From assembly GCF_006345805.1 (NCBI RefSeq), contig NC_042997.1:114886001-114950000 (forward strand): a stretch of DNA of 64,000 nucleotides, given 5' to 3'. Shown piece after piece: positions 23,965-37,661 of the stretch. A program made the translations under genes and the position numbers. This DNA comes from Octopus sinensis. Its lineage: Eukaryota. A model generated the notes under the pieces. That model was not told the DNA's origin. It did not search any database and saw only the letters and a list, made by a program, of their open reading frames with translations. How positions within the stretch are numbered: the stretch's first letter is position 1; every line of letters starts with the position of its first letter.

Positions 23965-26405
23965 ATAGGCTGGGCATTTTGATAGGGTCCAATGAATCGG
24001 ATTACTGTCCTGCACCAATGTTAATTTTGGCGTGGTTTCTAGGGTTGGATGATCTTTGCAATGCCAATCAGAGTGTACTAGATTTTCTGTTTGTATTTTT
24101 TTTATTCCCTTTTTGTTTTTGGTGGCACCAGCTCTAATGAGGTCACCAAGTAACTAACAAAAACTTGATCTAGTGGAGGTGCAGTATCTAAGGAAGAGGC
24201 ATTGAGCTAGATGTTGAAAGGCTAAAGTATGCTAGTGGGGGTCCGGAATTGCATAAAATGTACCCGTGCTGGTGCTATGTAAAGACCCCCCACCCACCAG
24301 TACTCTCTATAAAGTGGTTGGTGTTAGGAAGGGCATCCAGCCATAAAGACCATGCCGAAACAGACATTTGGAGCCTGGTGCAGCTCCATGTCTTGCCAGC
24401 TCCTGTTGAACCATCCAACACATACCAGCATGGAAAGCGGGTTTTAAATGATGATGATGATGATGAATACACACACATACTGGTGTGGTGAATTAAACAG
24501 TAATGGACAAATTGTTCTAGATGTGTTTGAGATGAGATGTTTGAGGGCTATGGTTGGTGTGACGCGGATGGCACTCCAGTTTAGATTTTCTTTGCTAAAA
24601 TACTTCTACTTTCTTTCTTTTTATTCTGATTCTGCACAATGCTAGTTTTTCATTAAAGGTTAATTTTGCTAGTACAAGTAAATTTGTTATTATTTTTCAT
24701 GTTCTTAATAAGTGCATTTTTGTTTATAAAATGTGTGCTCAGAATGCAACTTTGTTGCACCACATTTCTTTACTAAGCAGGTCAGCTATCTGACTTTTTC
24801 AAACTTTGAAAGTAAAGTTCTTCACTCCATTTATAAAACCTTGAAAGTGCCCCCCTTCAAGATAACCATCTTAGTTCTGTATACAATAGAAGATGTGTTT
24901 GTGAGCAGCTTCCATGGGAAAACAGTAAGGAAAATGACCTTGATTTTAATAGCCTACTCTTAATATAATTAGCCATTCTAACATTCTTATCTACTCTTCT
25001 TTTTAATGGTTTTGAAACGAGGACTTCTCTATGCAGAAAATAATATGTAAAAACAATAGCAAGTTTCTTTTGCTCTGCCAGTGCAGAAAATCCTCTCACT
25101 CTTCCTCTTATAGAGAGGGCATTGTCTCTGATAAATCACAAGAAAAATATTTTTGCCTTTTTGTTGTTTCTCAAAGTAGTTTACAAAATAAAAATTAGTC
25201 CATGTTGTGTCTCCTGATATACAGACTTAAAGAATGTTTGAAGTCGAGCTTTCCATTTTCATCTCTTAGCTTATCCAACTGGATAGTAAAAAAAAAAAAG
25301 AAAAGAAAAGAAAAAATGTTTTTTGAATTCTTGGTATCACTTGTGACTCAGCGTCTAGGGACATATCTTTTACGGGTTGACTAATAACATTTTTATTTGA
25401 TATAGGGATAGCAAAAAAAAGTATTTTTCTTGAATTCTTTGTCAGACTGGTTACTTACTATTTTACATCATGCTTATAAAATTACTGATTTGGTTAATGT
25501 GTGATTTTTGCTACAGTTTCTATAAGAGCACAAACTTGTTTCTTGAGCTTTGTTCAAGAGTTATAGTCTTGCTCAATTGCTTAGTTTAGTCTTGCAATTT
25601 ACTTGATAATCCTGCTGGTGCCATGTGAAAAGCAACCAGTACACTTTGTAAAGTGGTTGGTGTTAGGAAGGGTGTCCAGCCATAGAAACCATTCTAAAAC
25701 AGACAATTGGTGCTTGGTGCAGGTCTCTGGTTTGCCAGCCCCTGTCAAATGATCCAACCTATTCCAGCATGGAAAACAGGTGTTAGATGATGATGTTGGT
25801 GTATTTAATCAGTCCTGAGCCTTCTAAAATATTCAACACATTTCTTTAAAGACCTCTTGACTGTGGGATGGTTTAATTCAGAAAGTATGCAAAGAAATTA
25901 AGTTCTTCTAAAAGTCCTTTTGTCCCAGAAATGGATATGCACGTCACCATAATCATTCAGTATCTTGTAACTTTGAGGTTTCACTGATGTGGCTTCTAAT
26001 TTTAGAATGATATTGTAGGGTAGGTGTGTGAAGCCAGATCTGGCCAGTTTCAACCTAAAACAGAATATTTGGGCTGGATACAGTCAGTTTAAATGCTAAA
26101 GGGTTAAACAAAGATAATTGCACATTCGAATGAAGATAATCAATAAGACCTTCCCCTCTCATGCTCTCTCTTACAGTTAGAATAAAGTGGTGAAGACATA
26201 CTGTATTGTATTGCATATCTTTGAACTGGGTCCAAGTTTATTCCTAAGTTGTACTTTGCAAAACAACAATGCAATAACCAAATACTTAAAACTATCAATA
26301 TCTTCAAATTACACCGGGTAACAAGATTTTTATCCTTGGGTAGCAACTGTTATTTCCTATTTGGAAATGGCTAATATTTCCTTCAAGCTTTGATTTTATT
26401 TATTA

Positions 26406-27082
26406 CTAGCAGTAATACCTGTCGTTCATTGGATAATTACTTTTACTCTTTCTCAGGAGTCACATTCAAAGTATTATTATATATATTATATATATAACAG
26501 ATTTCTCAACGGGGATTTCAGGGGAGAGTTTCTGGGAGTCACTGGCGATGTATTGTGATGATCAAAAATCCGGCCTGCTAAAATTTGGTTAAAGTGATTC
26601 AAACTGCAGACTCAACGCAAAATGGTCACATTTAATTCAAAGCGTTAAAAATGTTATGAAAACAATTGGTATGTGTTCACAAAGTCCAAACGATTAATAC
26701 GAAAAAACCCTCCAGGCTACATCCCAAAAATTCATTTCTTTGCCGAATTTCTACAATGTTTACGGTGATTCGTTTTTATATCTTGATTTTTTATTTTTCA
26801 TGCAATTTACGCATGCTTGCTCACGTGGTGAACACAGTTCACGTCAAACAGCTGACTGAGTAAAGTTCACTATTCAATGCATGGGATAAGGCCTAAACAA
26901 ACACATTATCGATTTTTGCACTTGCGAGATGAATTTCGGAACAGAAATAGCGCAGTTCAATTTTCATTCACCTAAACTTTAAGTGACCCATCTTTGGTGG
27001 TTCTACGATTTGTTGGCTAGGAGGAGATGCGCCGAGAAGTTAAACACACAGACACACAAGTTGAGTTTTATATATATATAGA
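26406..27082 (-). mobile_element. Non-autonomous Helitron-like element
   Basis: Minus strand begins TC-tatatatatataaaa...(GT)-rich and ends ...ctgCTAG|t; subterminal hairpin degenerate; CpG-richer than flanks. Confidence 0.55.
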
Positions 27083-27889
27083 AGTGGGTGAATAAATAGG
27101 ACTCTGACATTTCTGCTTTCCCCCCCAATATTCATTTGTGATGATTATTAGAACTATAGATGCACATACTGTCTGTCACCAAGGGACATGCTCAAGGGGT
27201 TAAGGTCAGGCAACTGACAAGCAAATCTGTGGTATTAAGCAGAATATTTGATATAACGATATTTCTGCTTCAGCAACTCTGTGCTGTATCTGTGTGAATT
27301 ATAATGGAAAATAGGTCAGTTTCAAAACATTGACATCCGGGTCACACAAAGTTTGAAGGGAATAGTAGTCATTTCCTTTGATTTCTAGATAAAAGCAAAT
27401 AGGTTATAACACTTACTGATCGATGACAAACCATCAAAATGATATACATATTTTTGGGTTTTTTTTTGTTTTTTTTTACTTAAAAAAAATTGTTTTTATA
27501 TAATTTAGTTTTAGTCATTGCAACTAGTACCATGCTGAAACCTGATCACTATCTTCAGTTAAGTGAAAAAACAGTTATTTCAGTGTTGTCCAAGCCGTAG
27601 AGGACATTGAAAATGAAATCTTTTTGTCAAGCTTAAGCAGAATGATGTTTCTAGTTACAGTGAAACGAGAAAGTATCAGATTATATTGGGCAAAAAGGAA
27701 AATAAATATCAATTTCATTTATTTATACAGAATTGTTGTAGTTTTGAAGCACTTTGTAGTATTTTTAGTTAGTTTTTTTCATGTTTTGAGTTCAAAACCT
27801 ACCAAGGTCTGTTTTGCCTTTCACCCTTTCGAGTCAATAAAAAGAAGTATCAGATCGCTTTGATTAACTAGATTTCATTTTTTCTCAAT

Positions 27890-28206
27890 TAAGGCCTTGG
27901 GGCAGTTAAATACAGGACCAAATATTGCAAGAGATCAGGTTTCAAAGACCCACAATGCTTCAACATCCTCCCAATAAGCCTGGGAGACCTGCAAGGGGTG
28001 GATGTAGGTGTCTCCAAACCAAAACTGGATCTTCTGTTAAGAGTTCCAGATGAGCCTACCTTGTGTCGGGGAATATAAATAAGGGCAGCAGCATCAAACT
28101 CCCTCATTCATCAAATTTTACATATTAGAATAGATTTTAGATAGTGAAGATGTAGCAAGGCTAATGGCAGTGCCCTAGCATGGTCGCAGCTTTCAAGCTG
28201 AAACTA
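27890..28206 (+). mobile_element. Short 3' fragment of a related CR1/L2-group LINE
   Basis: Decayed FNILP..L.DLQGVD...KLDL..RVPDEP...RAAASNSL.HQ and the same 3' UTR (ggcagtgccctagcatggtcgcagct..agctgaaacta) as 17130-17405. Confidence 0.85.
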
Positions 28207-29699
28207 GTTCAAGGGTCCATCATTATCATTTAATGTCTGCCTTCCATGCTGGCATGGGTGGGACGGTTTGACAAGAGCCAGCCAGGCAGAAGCCTGCACC
28301 AGACTTCTGTGACTGTTTTGGCAGGATTTTTACAGCCAGATGCCCTTCCTAACACCAACCACTCAGCAGAGTGGACTTAGTGCTTTTTAGGTGGCACAAG
28401 CGCAGGCAAGGTCAGTTTTGGCAAGGTTTTCACAGCTGGATGCCCTTCTGAACACCAACCACTTTACAGTGTGAACTGGATGCTTGTAAGTGGCTCATAT
28501 GTAGAAACTGAAGTTACAATAATAAACAGATTAAATTATATGTTGTATTAGGTAAAAAATGTTTTTCCTTTTCACTTGAACTGAAAACTTTGTTTTACTA
28601 AAGTTTGAGACAAAAAATTTCACTTTGGTCAGTGCTTACTGGATTGCTATTATTAATATCTACGGTATTAAGGAATACCAGTCATTGTTTAGAGGAAATA
28701 AAGTTAGTGGTAGTAAGCAGAGAATCATTTTATCAGCACTGTTTTAACTCCTGACCAAAAAGTTGGAACTGGAGAACTATGCAAGTAAGTTTCTATGGAA
28801 ACAGCTGTGTGTTTCATGTTTGGAAACAAAGGCCTGCATAACATTAGCCTTTTAGCATTCAGGTTACTCTGTCAGATGTTATGCTTATGTAGTAACAGCA
28901 TTTTGAATTAATCGTGCAATATCTCATAGCTTCAAGATTTCAACGATATGGTTGTTTATTTTTAGAATGACATTGTAGAGTAGATGTGAGAGGCCTGATG
29001 TGGCCAGTTTCGACATAAAACAAGCAGAATACTTGGGCTAGCTATGACTGGTTTGAATGCTAAAGGGTTAAAGTAAAGCTCTTAACTGCTCAGGACTTCT
29101 GGTCGAAGGGTCAATGGTTGTACGAGACTTGATTTGAAAAAATATGTAAAGCTATTTCATTAAACATCCACTCTAACCATGACAAACAATATCAGCTCAT
29201 TGTTGTTAAGATTTGGATTATAGGGCACCTCTTATTTAAAATTAAAGTATGTTACTTGCCAATAATCCTTTCACACACACTCTCACACACACACACACAC
29301 TAATTATAACAAAACAGAAGTGCTCAGTACTGTAACATATTAATTACTTTGGTTGGCTGAAGCCAATGCTGGCAACTACTGGCAGTTTCCTCACACGAAA
29401 GACTTGTGCAATAAAGCTTTTCTCTCATTAGCTGGCTCAAGTCTTGTTGAAATCTCTCATTATCACAAGAATAGCATTGGGTTGTCTGTACTTGAGGTAA
29501 GGAAAGAAAGTTACTCTCAGAGGGTTGAGTTTGGAAGGGAGGTAATCCAGATCAGACAGCGAAGGAGTTACAAAGAAATTTAACCTGGTTAGTACTGATT
29601 TGATCATTAAGTTAATATAAAGAATTGGGGCTGGTGAGGGTTTAAAATACTGGTATTATTGCAAGTTCTTTATTCATAGTTTAGTAAATTAGGGTCTAT

Positions 29700-30110
29700 A
29701 CGAAGCCAGTTTGGGTTGGTATGAGCCTACAGTAATAATAGAATCAGGCGGTTGGATGAAACTTACACTCGCCCCCTTATGAGAGCTCAAAATCTCTCGT
29801 GGAAGCGTCATCCAACCAAAGTACAAATATATGGGAAATTACCACCTGTATCATCTCTTGTGAAAGGTAGAAGAGTCCAGTTTGCTAGACATTGTTGTAG
29901 AGCTGAAAACGAGGTAATTTCTACTCTTCTCCTCTCGAAGCCATCTGCTTGCAATATCAGAGGGCGCACACTCTCCTACCCTGATGTAATCTCCAGGGAT
30001 ACAGGCATCCAGCAACAGGACCTCTGTAATGCTATGATGGACCGTGAGGTCTGGCGTAATATAGTAAATTCCATTGTCTCGACCATGGTCGAACAATGAT
30101 GATGATGATG
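29700..30110 (+). mobile_element. 5'-truncated RTE-clade LINE (ORF2 C-terminus + (GAT)n tail)
   Basis: RRLDETYTRPLMRAQNLSW...RRVQFARHC...RGRTLSYPDVISRDTG...MMDREVWR, stop at 30097-30099, then tgatgatgatg. Confidence 0.8.
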
Positions 30111-31937
30111 AACATTAGCAAGCTAGGAGCTGTTCAATGTATTGATATCGCTGCACTTCTAAGTTCATAATTAATTAATCATATAAGATCATCATTTAAC
30201 GTCACTTTTCCACACTTGCATGGGTTAGACGGAACTCTTTGAGGCAGATTTTCTACAGCTGGATACCCTTCTTGTCATCAACCCTCATCTGTTTCCAAAC
30301 AGGGTAAGATTTCCCCTTAGGCACACTTCTTTTCCATTTAAGAGTGGAAGCAACATAACTTGCATCAGGGTGATGCTTGCTTACAACCATCGCGTGATGC
30401 TAAGACAAGGATCACGCACACACACGTTTGCATGCGTGTGTGTAGATACCATGCACGTATGACAGGCTTCTTTCAGTTTTCATCTAACAAACTCTCAAGC
30501 ATTTGGTTGGTCTGGGGCTCTAGTAGTAAACCCGTATTGAAGGTGTTGTGCTGTGGGGTAGAACCCCAAATCATGTGATTTGAAAGCAAACTTCTTAATC
30601 AAACAGCCATGTCAGAAATATTAAACAAGTTTGCTGTTACTTGGCCTCTACCAGGGTTCATAGTAATAACCACTGCATTTTTGGATTTGTCTTTTTTTAT
30701 TTGTTTTTTTACCCATTTCAGTTATTTGACTGTGGCTGTGCTGGGGTAATGCCTTGAATCAATATTCAAATGAATTGACCCCTGTACTTGTTTTTTTAAA
30801 ATCCTGGTACTTATTCTCTCAATCTCTTTTATCAAACCCCTAGTTTATGGAGACATAAACACACCAACACCGGTTGTCAAGCAATGGTGGGGGAGACACA
30901 GTCACACACGTACATGATGGACTTCTTTCAGTTTCCATCTTCCAGATCTATTCACAAAACTTTGGTCGGCCTGACACTATAGTAGAAGGCACTTGGCTAA
31001 CATGCTCTGCAATGGGACTGAACTGGGAACCATGTGGTTGGGAAGCAAGCTTCTTACCACATACTTTCCTTCCCCCTTTGTAATTGGTTAGTTAGAAAGA
31101 AGGGTAACACCAATACCCTTTCATTGAGCCTTCATATCTAGTTGGAATACCTCAGACCAGACACCTGTCTGAAATAGACTCCACTAAAGGCACCTTGTGT
31201 CATGTAGAGGCGCCCAGGTGACAGACTTCAATCAATCCCCACCCAGTTATTATACAGACTGCTTCATGACCTGCCTTAGTTTGTTTTCCTAAAATAATTA
31301 TATAAAAAACCAAAAAAAGACTATGTACTACTTTCAGAATATATTGTTGATTGGCTGGCTGCTCAGGTGACAGCTGTATAATAATGGATGTACTACTACT
31401 ACTACCACAAATTCACATCAAGCCCGTTGCTAATTAAACTGAAGTCGTTATGTAAGTCACACAATTGAGTCCCATGAAACCAACCAACCAACCAATCCAC
31501 ACATGACAACCACCAACCACCTTGCTGAAGACTATGACCAGCACATACACCACCAGTGCCATCCATCACCTGCTGCTGCTACTACTGCCACAGGTGCAGC
31601 TGTGTGGTAAGAAGTTTGATTCTCAACCACATGGTTCTAGGTTCAGTCCCACTGTGTGGCACCTTGCACAAGTGTCTACTGTTACAGCCTTGGGCTGATC
31701 AAAGCCTTGTGAGTGGATTTGGTAGATGGAAACTGAAAGAAGTCTGTCGTGTGTGTATATATACAGAAACAGGGTAATTGGCTATCTGAAATAGCAGGAT
31801 CTATGTAAACACATTTCTTTGTGTTCTTCTGAGGATAGGCCTTTGTGCTTGAAATATAAAGGTTTTAAAATTTTTTAAACTTTTTTTAAAGCTTTCATCA
31901 TTTCTCATTTCATTTAATATTCTATTAAAACATACAG

Positions 31938-32330
31938 TCATCATCATCATCATCGTTTAACATCCGTTTTCCATGCTATCATGGGTTGGGCAGTTTGACT
32001 GAGGTCCGGAGAGCCAGCAGCTGCACCAGGCTCCAATCTGATCTGGCAACGTTTCTACAGCTTGATGCCCTTCCTAACACCAACCACTCCGAGAGTGTAG
32101 TGGGTGCTTTTTATGTGCCACCGGCACAGGAGCCAGTCATACAGGCTTGGCATCGATCACGTTCGGATAGTGCTTTTTACATGCCACCAGCACGAGGTCC
32201 AGTTGTTGGGTACTGGCATCGGCCATGTTTGAATGGTGCATGGGAGCTAGTCAGGAGGTACTGACATCAGCCATGTTTGGATAGTGCTTTTTACATGCCA
32301 CTGGCATGGGAACCAGTCAGGGTACTTAAT
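31938..32330 (-). mobile_element. RTE 3' UTR-derived repeat (representative of ~20 copies, e.g. 3478-3727+, 12425-12635-, 24270-24465+, 28220-28490-, 38130-38400+, 45290-45560-, 49995-50165-, 51715-51900-, 57320-57530+, 59935-60240-, 61250-61560-)
   Basis: (CAT)n-cgtttaacgtccgttttccatgc...ctggatgcccttcctaacgccaacc module. Confidence 0.8.
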
Positions 32331-34904
32331 AACAGGATAAGGAGTAACAATCAAATTATGAGTGTTCCTTGCTGGTTATAGAGCAACTTTCAGAAGCTGC
32401 TGAGGAGAACAGTAGAGTGAGGATTATATAAATATTTTAAATCCTGGGACTTGATGAGGCAATGTAACTGTGTAGTTATCTACAGTATTGAGTGATTTGA
32501 AGTTACCCAAGTAATCTATCAGAATCTGATGCCCTCAGTTTGCCAAGCTAAAAACATGTTCAGTTTTACTCCACAGGTGTAGATGTGGCTGTGTGGTAAG
32601 AAGTTTGCTTCCCAACCATATGGTTCTGGGTTCAGTCCCACTCTGTGGTACTTTGGGCAAGTGTCTTCTTCCATAGCCTCAGGTTGACCATGTGGTTAGG
32701 AAGCAAGCCTTTTACAACACAGCCATGCATATGCAATTTGTTTGTTTTCCTTTTGTGCCCATAACAGTTCTTTGTTATCTGTAACCAAAAACAAACATTT
32801 TATGTCGGTTTCTAGAAGCTGTAGAAAATTTAATTCATGCAACTGTTGAATATTTTTAATTTGAATTTCTTCTCTCTTACTTTTTTTTTAAAGTTAGGCA
32901 ATCTAATTACCTTATTTTCTTGTGTATGTCACTTTTGTATAAGTTGCACCTTTAAATTAGTGTTAAATGTTGGCACAAAATTTTTTCTTCCTTTCGTAGT
33001 TTTAGCTTAGCCTCTTATATAAGTTACACCCCAATTTGTTCACTTAAAGTCAGGTATAAACTAGTGTGGTTTTTACATAAATAAAAACAGTAAGTGTTCA
33101 GTTTATAGAAGATTCAGTGTCTAGGAAGATAGTGAAAGTTGTTTGGTGCTTAGAAAATCTTTCTCGGTCGTTTCTTTTAAGCTGAAGAATTGTTTCAATT
33201 GTTCTTGTATTATTTGACTGTTACATTTCTAAAATGAAAGCATATAGACTCACTTACTTGTGCCATGGTTTGAGAATTCCAAAATCCAAATATGTCCCTG
33301 AAATTTCCAAAGAACTTGTGTGGTTTGTTACTTTACTCCATTGCTGTTTAGCTTCAGATCAACTGCAATCAGGTTGATCTAATGATCAAAGTTGTTCCAG
33401 TGATGACCATTCCGGCTTTAGATTTTCTATCTAGGGATTGCTATCCTTTCTTTTTTTAAGAGACAGTTGGATTTGTTTGCTATTTCTTTTAAGTCAAGCA
33501 ACTGCTTAGAGGTTCCTTTGTTAGTTCATGTAAATGAGATTTTTTTCCCCTCCTGTTTATCATTGGCACTGGAAAATTGTTAGGTAAACCTCTCAGAAGA
33601 TTTGTCACCTATTTACCTAGTTAATGGCGTTATGTATGGGTGTCTTTTACTTGTTTAAGTCATTAGACGGTGGCCACACACGGGCAACACCTTGAAGAAT
33701 TTTCGGGTGAATGAATTGACCCCAGTACTTAATTTTTTAAAGCCTGATATTTATTCTATCCGTCTCTTTTGCTGAACCACTAAGTTATGGGGACATGAAC
33801 ACACCAACACCACCAGTTGTCAAGTGGTCTTGTGGAACATACACATACATACTCACACAGGCTTCTTTCAGTTTCCATCTACCATAACCACTTACGAGGC
33901 TTTGGTTAATTCAAGGCTATAGTAGCCCCAAGTACCACACGCTGGGATTGAACCCAGGACGATGTGATTGGAAAGCAAGCTTCTTACCACTAGCCACATC
34001 TGTGCCTCTGGTAAATCTTTTTGATACCAACCCATCTGAGACGACATCTGGTTCTATGATGCAAACTTCCTGCTTCAAAGTGATATAAATTTAAGACTCC
34101 TAGAATTTCATGTTAAATTTATGTTCAAAACTGCAGCTTAATAGTGATAAAGCTATTTTACTAAATTCTCCATTATTTTCAAAATTAACTGAAACAGGAA
34201 ATGTATTTCAGCAGAAATATGAAAACGGAAGCGTTAAGTTAATGGAGATGAAGCTAAATTTCTTTCTAAGTTGTCCAATATCTGCTTGGTCATTTTTGTC
34301 TTGATATGGTGAGAACGACTTGATTGAAACTAGTAAAACAAAGGACTAACAAAAATTATTTATAGTAAACAGGAAATATTGAAGGAAAAAGAAATGGCTG
34401 TCTTGCTCATTCATTCATTCAATTGTAGCCAACATTGAAATGCATTGTCATTAACCATTATCTCGTTATATCTTTGAGCCAATACTTCCTCTGTGTGGTA
34501 ACAGATGGATGAGTTCTTGTATGATTATTGTTTCTGGATACAATGTGTGGCGGAAAGAAAAAAAAATATGGTAGGAGTTTAGTGTCGATCAATCAGATCT
34601 GTGTTTCCTTTAATAATTTAAGAGGTTCAGACACTGTGAAGACTGGAACTTAACATTTTGACATGTTAGCATCCATTTGAAAGAAAGAGGGAGAGATGGA
34701 TGGGGTGATGGAGGGAGAGTGAGGGAGTGTGCATGACAAGACTGGTGTTGTGGTTTCAACCTTTTCTCATTATTACTTTCAAAGTGTAAGACCAGCAATA
34801 TTAGCTTCAACACTCCTCACAACAATTAAACTCAACACTCTTATTGACTAATTATTGCTGTTATAGCTCAGTTTTCTCTGGTTTTGGTATTTGCTAAATT
34901 TCGT

Positions 34905-35625
34905 TTGATATGTTGGTGTATCTACCATTATGTCATTGCTATATTGGTATAATCACTGTCACGTCATTGACATGCTGCCGTATTGATGTAATGACATTGT
35001 TGACATGTTGGTGTATTTGCTGTTATGTTGTTGACGTATTGGTGTGATCACCATTGTCATTGATATGTTGTATTTACTATTATGTTGATGTGTTGGGGTA
35101 TTTACTGTTACGTCATTGACGTGTTGGGGTATCTACTGTTACATCATTGACGTGTTGGGGTATCTACTGTAACATCATTGACGTGTTGGGGTATTTACTG
35201 TTACGCCATTGACGTGTTGGTTTATTCATGGTTCTGCCATTGATATGGTGGTGTGTTTACTATTATGTTATTGATATGGTGGTGTGTTTACTATTATGTT
35301 ATTGATATGGTGGTGTGTTTACTGTTATGTTATTGATATGGTGGTGTGTTTACTGTTATGTTATTGACAGGTTGCTGTATTTGCCATTATGTCAATGACA
35401 TGTTGGTTGTATTCACAGTTACACCAATGACATACTGGTCTTTTTACTGTTATGTCATTGATGATTGCTATATTTTTCTGACATGTCATTGACATGATGG
35501 TGTCCTTGCCATTATGTCATTGACGTATTGGTGTCTATACCATTTTCATTGATGTAGTACTGTATTTACTGTCACCTCATTGATGTGGTGTTGTATTTAC
35601 TGTCATGTTGATATCTGTGCCATTT
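34905..35625. repeat. Diverged ~30-31-bp minisatellite
   Basis: Units like cattgacgtgttggggtatttactgttacg and tattgatatggtggtgtgtttactattatgt. Confidence 0.85.
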
Positions 35626-36377
35626 TCATTGCCCTGACTATCCATTTGTCACACTCTTTAATGACTCTACAGACTGTTTTCAGTCTTTCACATGTGTATT
35701 TCACTTGTTTGTTTTGATTGGGAAATATTTCCTTCCTTCCTTCTAAAGGAACAAATAATCCATACAGGTAATTTTAAAACTGCTCTTGTCTCTTATTCTA
35801 TGATCTATAGTTCCAATATTTAAATTTTAGCTTTATTTCAGTTTATTTCATTGGGCAAAAACCTATTCTTATTCAATGAATTGGTGAATATATGTTCATA
35901 TTTCTTTTTCTTTTTATAATGGTGTTTACATGACATATTATTTATCTGAGAGGTCATATGTAGCAGGAAATGCATAAATTCATTTAGATTGAGATCTTGT
36001 TGTTTTTTTTTGTTTTGTTTATTTTCATATTTGTTTTGTATATCAACACAATAACTTTAAAATGTAAACATTTTTATAACATTGACTTCTTGTCCATCCA
36101 TCATGAAAATGTTTAAAAAAGTATAAATTCAAATGTTGGAATTGTAGGTTCCTCCTTAAAGAAAGAGAATAAATTAAGATCCGCTGGTTTTAATGTCAGC
36201 AACAAGATTATGTGATTAACTCTTTTGTTAGTATATTTCGGTTGGAATACACTGCCTTTGTTTCAATTAATTTAGAAAATAATGAATTTAGTAAAATAAC
36301 TTTGGTTATTAATTTGGTGTTTTGAACATAAATTAACATGAAAATTTAATACAAGATTTTTCAAAATTTAAGTCATT

Positions 36378-36595
36378 TTAACCCTTTCGTTACCAACCCG
36401 GTTGAAACTGACTCTAGCTCCGAGTACAAATGTCTTGTTTTCATAAGTTTTAAATTAAAATCTTCCTCTAAACCTTTGTCACAATTTATGTTCCTAACAC
36501 TAGCTGAATGATAACTAAGTTATTTTACTAAATTCTTTGTGATATTTAAAGAAACACAGAGCATCTCAAAATAAATACAGTAACTAAGGGGTTAA
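36378..36595 (+). mobile_element. TTAA-flanked MITE family 2
   Basis: TTAA|CCCTTTCGTTAC...GTAACTAAGGGG|TTAA; direct copies ~55930-56130 and 56155-56370. Confidence 0.8.
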
Positions 36596-36748
36596 TATAG
36601 GAAGTTTGTATCATAGAACCTGGAGCAATCTCAAGAAGGTTGTTATTAAAAGGGTTCAATCTTGGCCATAATGTTAAGGGATAGAATATCAAATATCTGT
36701 TAAATAATTACAAGATTTAGAATGACTCCAGACATACCGGCTGTAGCA

Positions 36749-36976
36749 TTAACCCTTTCGTTACTGTATTTATTTTTAAATGCTCTGTGTTTCTTTCAAT
36801 TACTTTAAATATAACAAAGAATTTAGTAAAATAACTTAGTTATCATTAAGCTAGTGTTAGGAACATAAATTGTGACTAAGGTTTGGTGGAAGATTTTAAT
36901 TCAAAACTTATGAAAATGAGATATTTGTATTCAAAATCAGAACTGGTTTCAGCTGAGTTGGTATCGAAAGGGTTAA
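36749..36976 (-). mobile_element. TTAA-flanked MITE family 2, inverted relative to 36378-36595
   Basis: Reverse-complement match; TTAA at 36749-52 and 36973-76. Confidence 0.8.
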
Positions 36977-37149
36977 ATATACTGAAGCCACCACAAAAGG
37001 AGACAACAATTTGATGCCCATGAGACATTCACTTTTTACTCATTTTCACATTTGTTTTATTTATCTACACAAACACTTCCATGATAAACAAAATTTTGTT
37101 CTAATATCTCATGTGATCATTAATTTTTTTTTTTCCGTTTTTTTTGCAG

Positions 37150-37245
37150 GCATTAAATGTCCTGTTTGTTCAAAATCAGTTGCTGCAGATGAATTAGAAT
37201 GTCATCTTGTTATATGTCTTACAAAACCAAGGATTAGTTATAATG
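37150..37245 (+). CDS. ZNRF1/2: Internal coding exon of a ZNRF1/ZNRF2-like E3 ligase (C2HC/UBZ-type zinc finger)
   Basis: Acceptor ttttttgcag| and donor |gtaagt; 96 nt, phase 1-1. Translates (G)IKCPVCSKSVAADELECHLVICLTKPRISYN, matching human ZNRF1 GFKCPICSKSVASDEMEMHFIMCLSKPRLSYN (recalled). Confidence 0.95.
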
Positions 37246-37436
37246 GTAAGTCATGTAATTTAAATTCTGTGAAGTAACTGGCAAGTATTGGTAAGACAAT
37301 GCTTTGCTGAGGAGAAGAAATAAAACTGAAACATGTCCAGACTTTTTGCCTAAGATCGAACTCCTTCCATATTGCAAGTTCAAATTTAATTTTTAATGAA
37401 TTTAAATTCCAGAGTTTTGTCTTTCTTGACCAGTAC

Positions 37437-37661
37437 TACACTAATCCCTCGACTATCACGGTGTTACGGCCCAAAGCACTGCCATGATAGGTAAAAATCC
37501 GCAAAGTAGAAACAGTACTGTACTGTATATTTTTAAAAAATTATTTTTATAATTTGTATATACTTATTTTATTATAAATGCAAAACACCACAGAGGAATC
37601 GACATAAGCTTAAATAAGAAACCATGATAGGTGAACCACAATATGGCGATGGATTACTATA
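37437..37661. mobile_element. pogo/Tigger-like MITE (partial copy at ~4795-4960)
   Basis: TA|cactaatccctcg ... gcgatggattacta|TA termini resemble CAGTAATCCCTCG-type TIRs. Confidence 0.65.
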
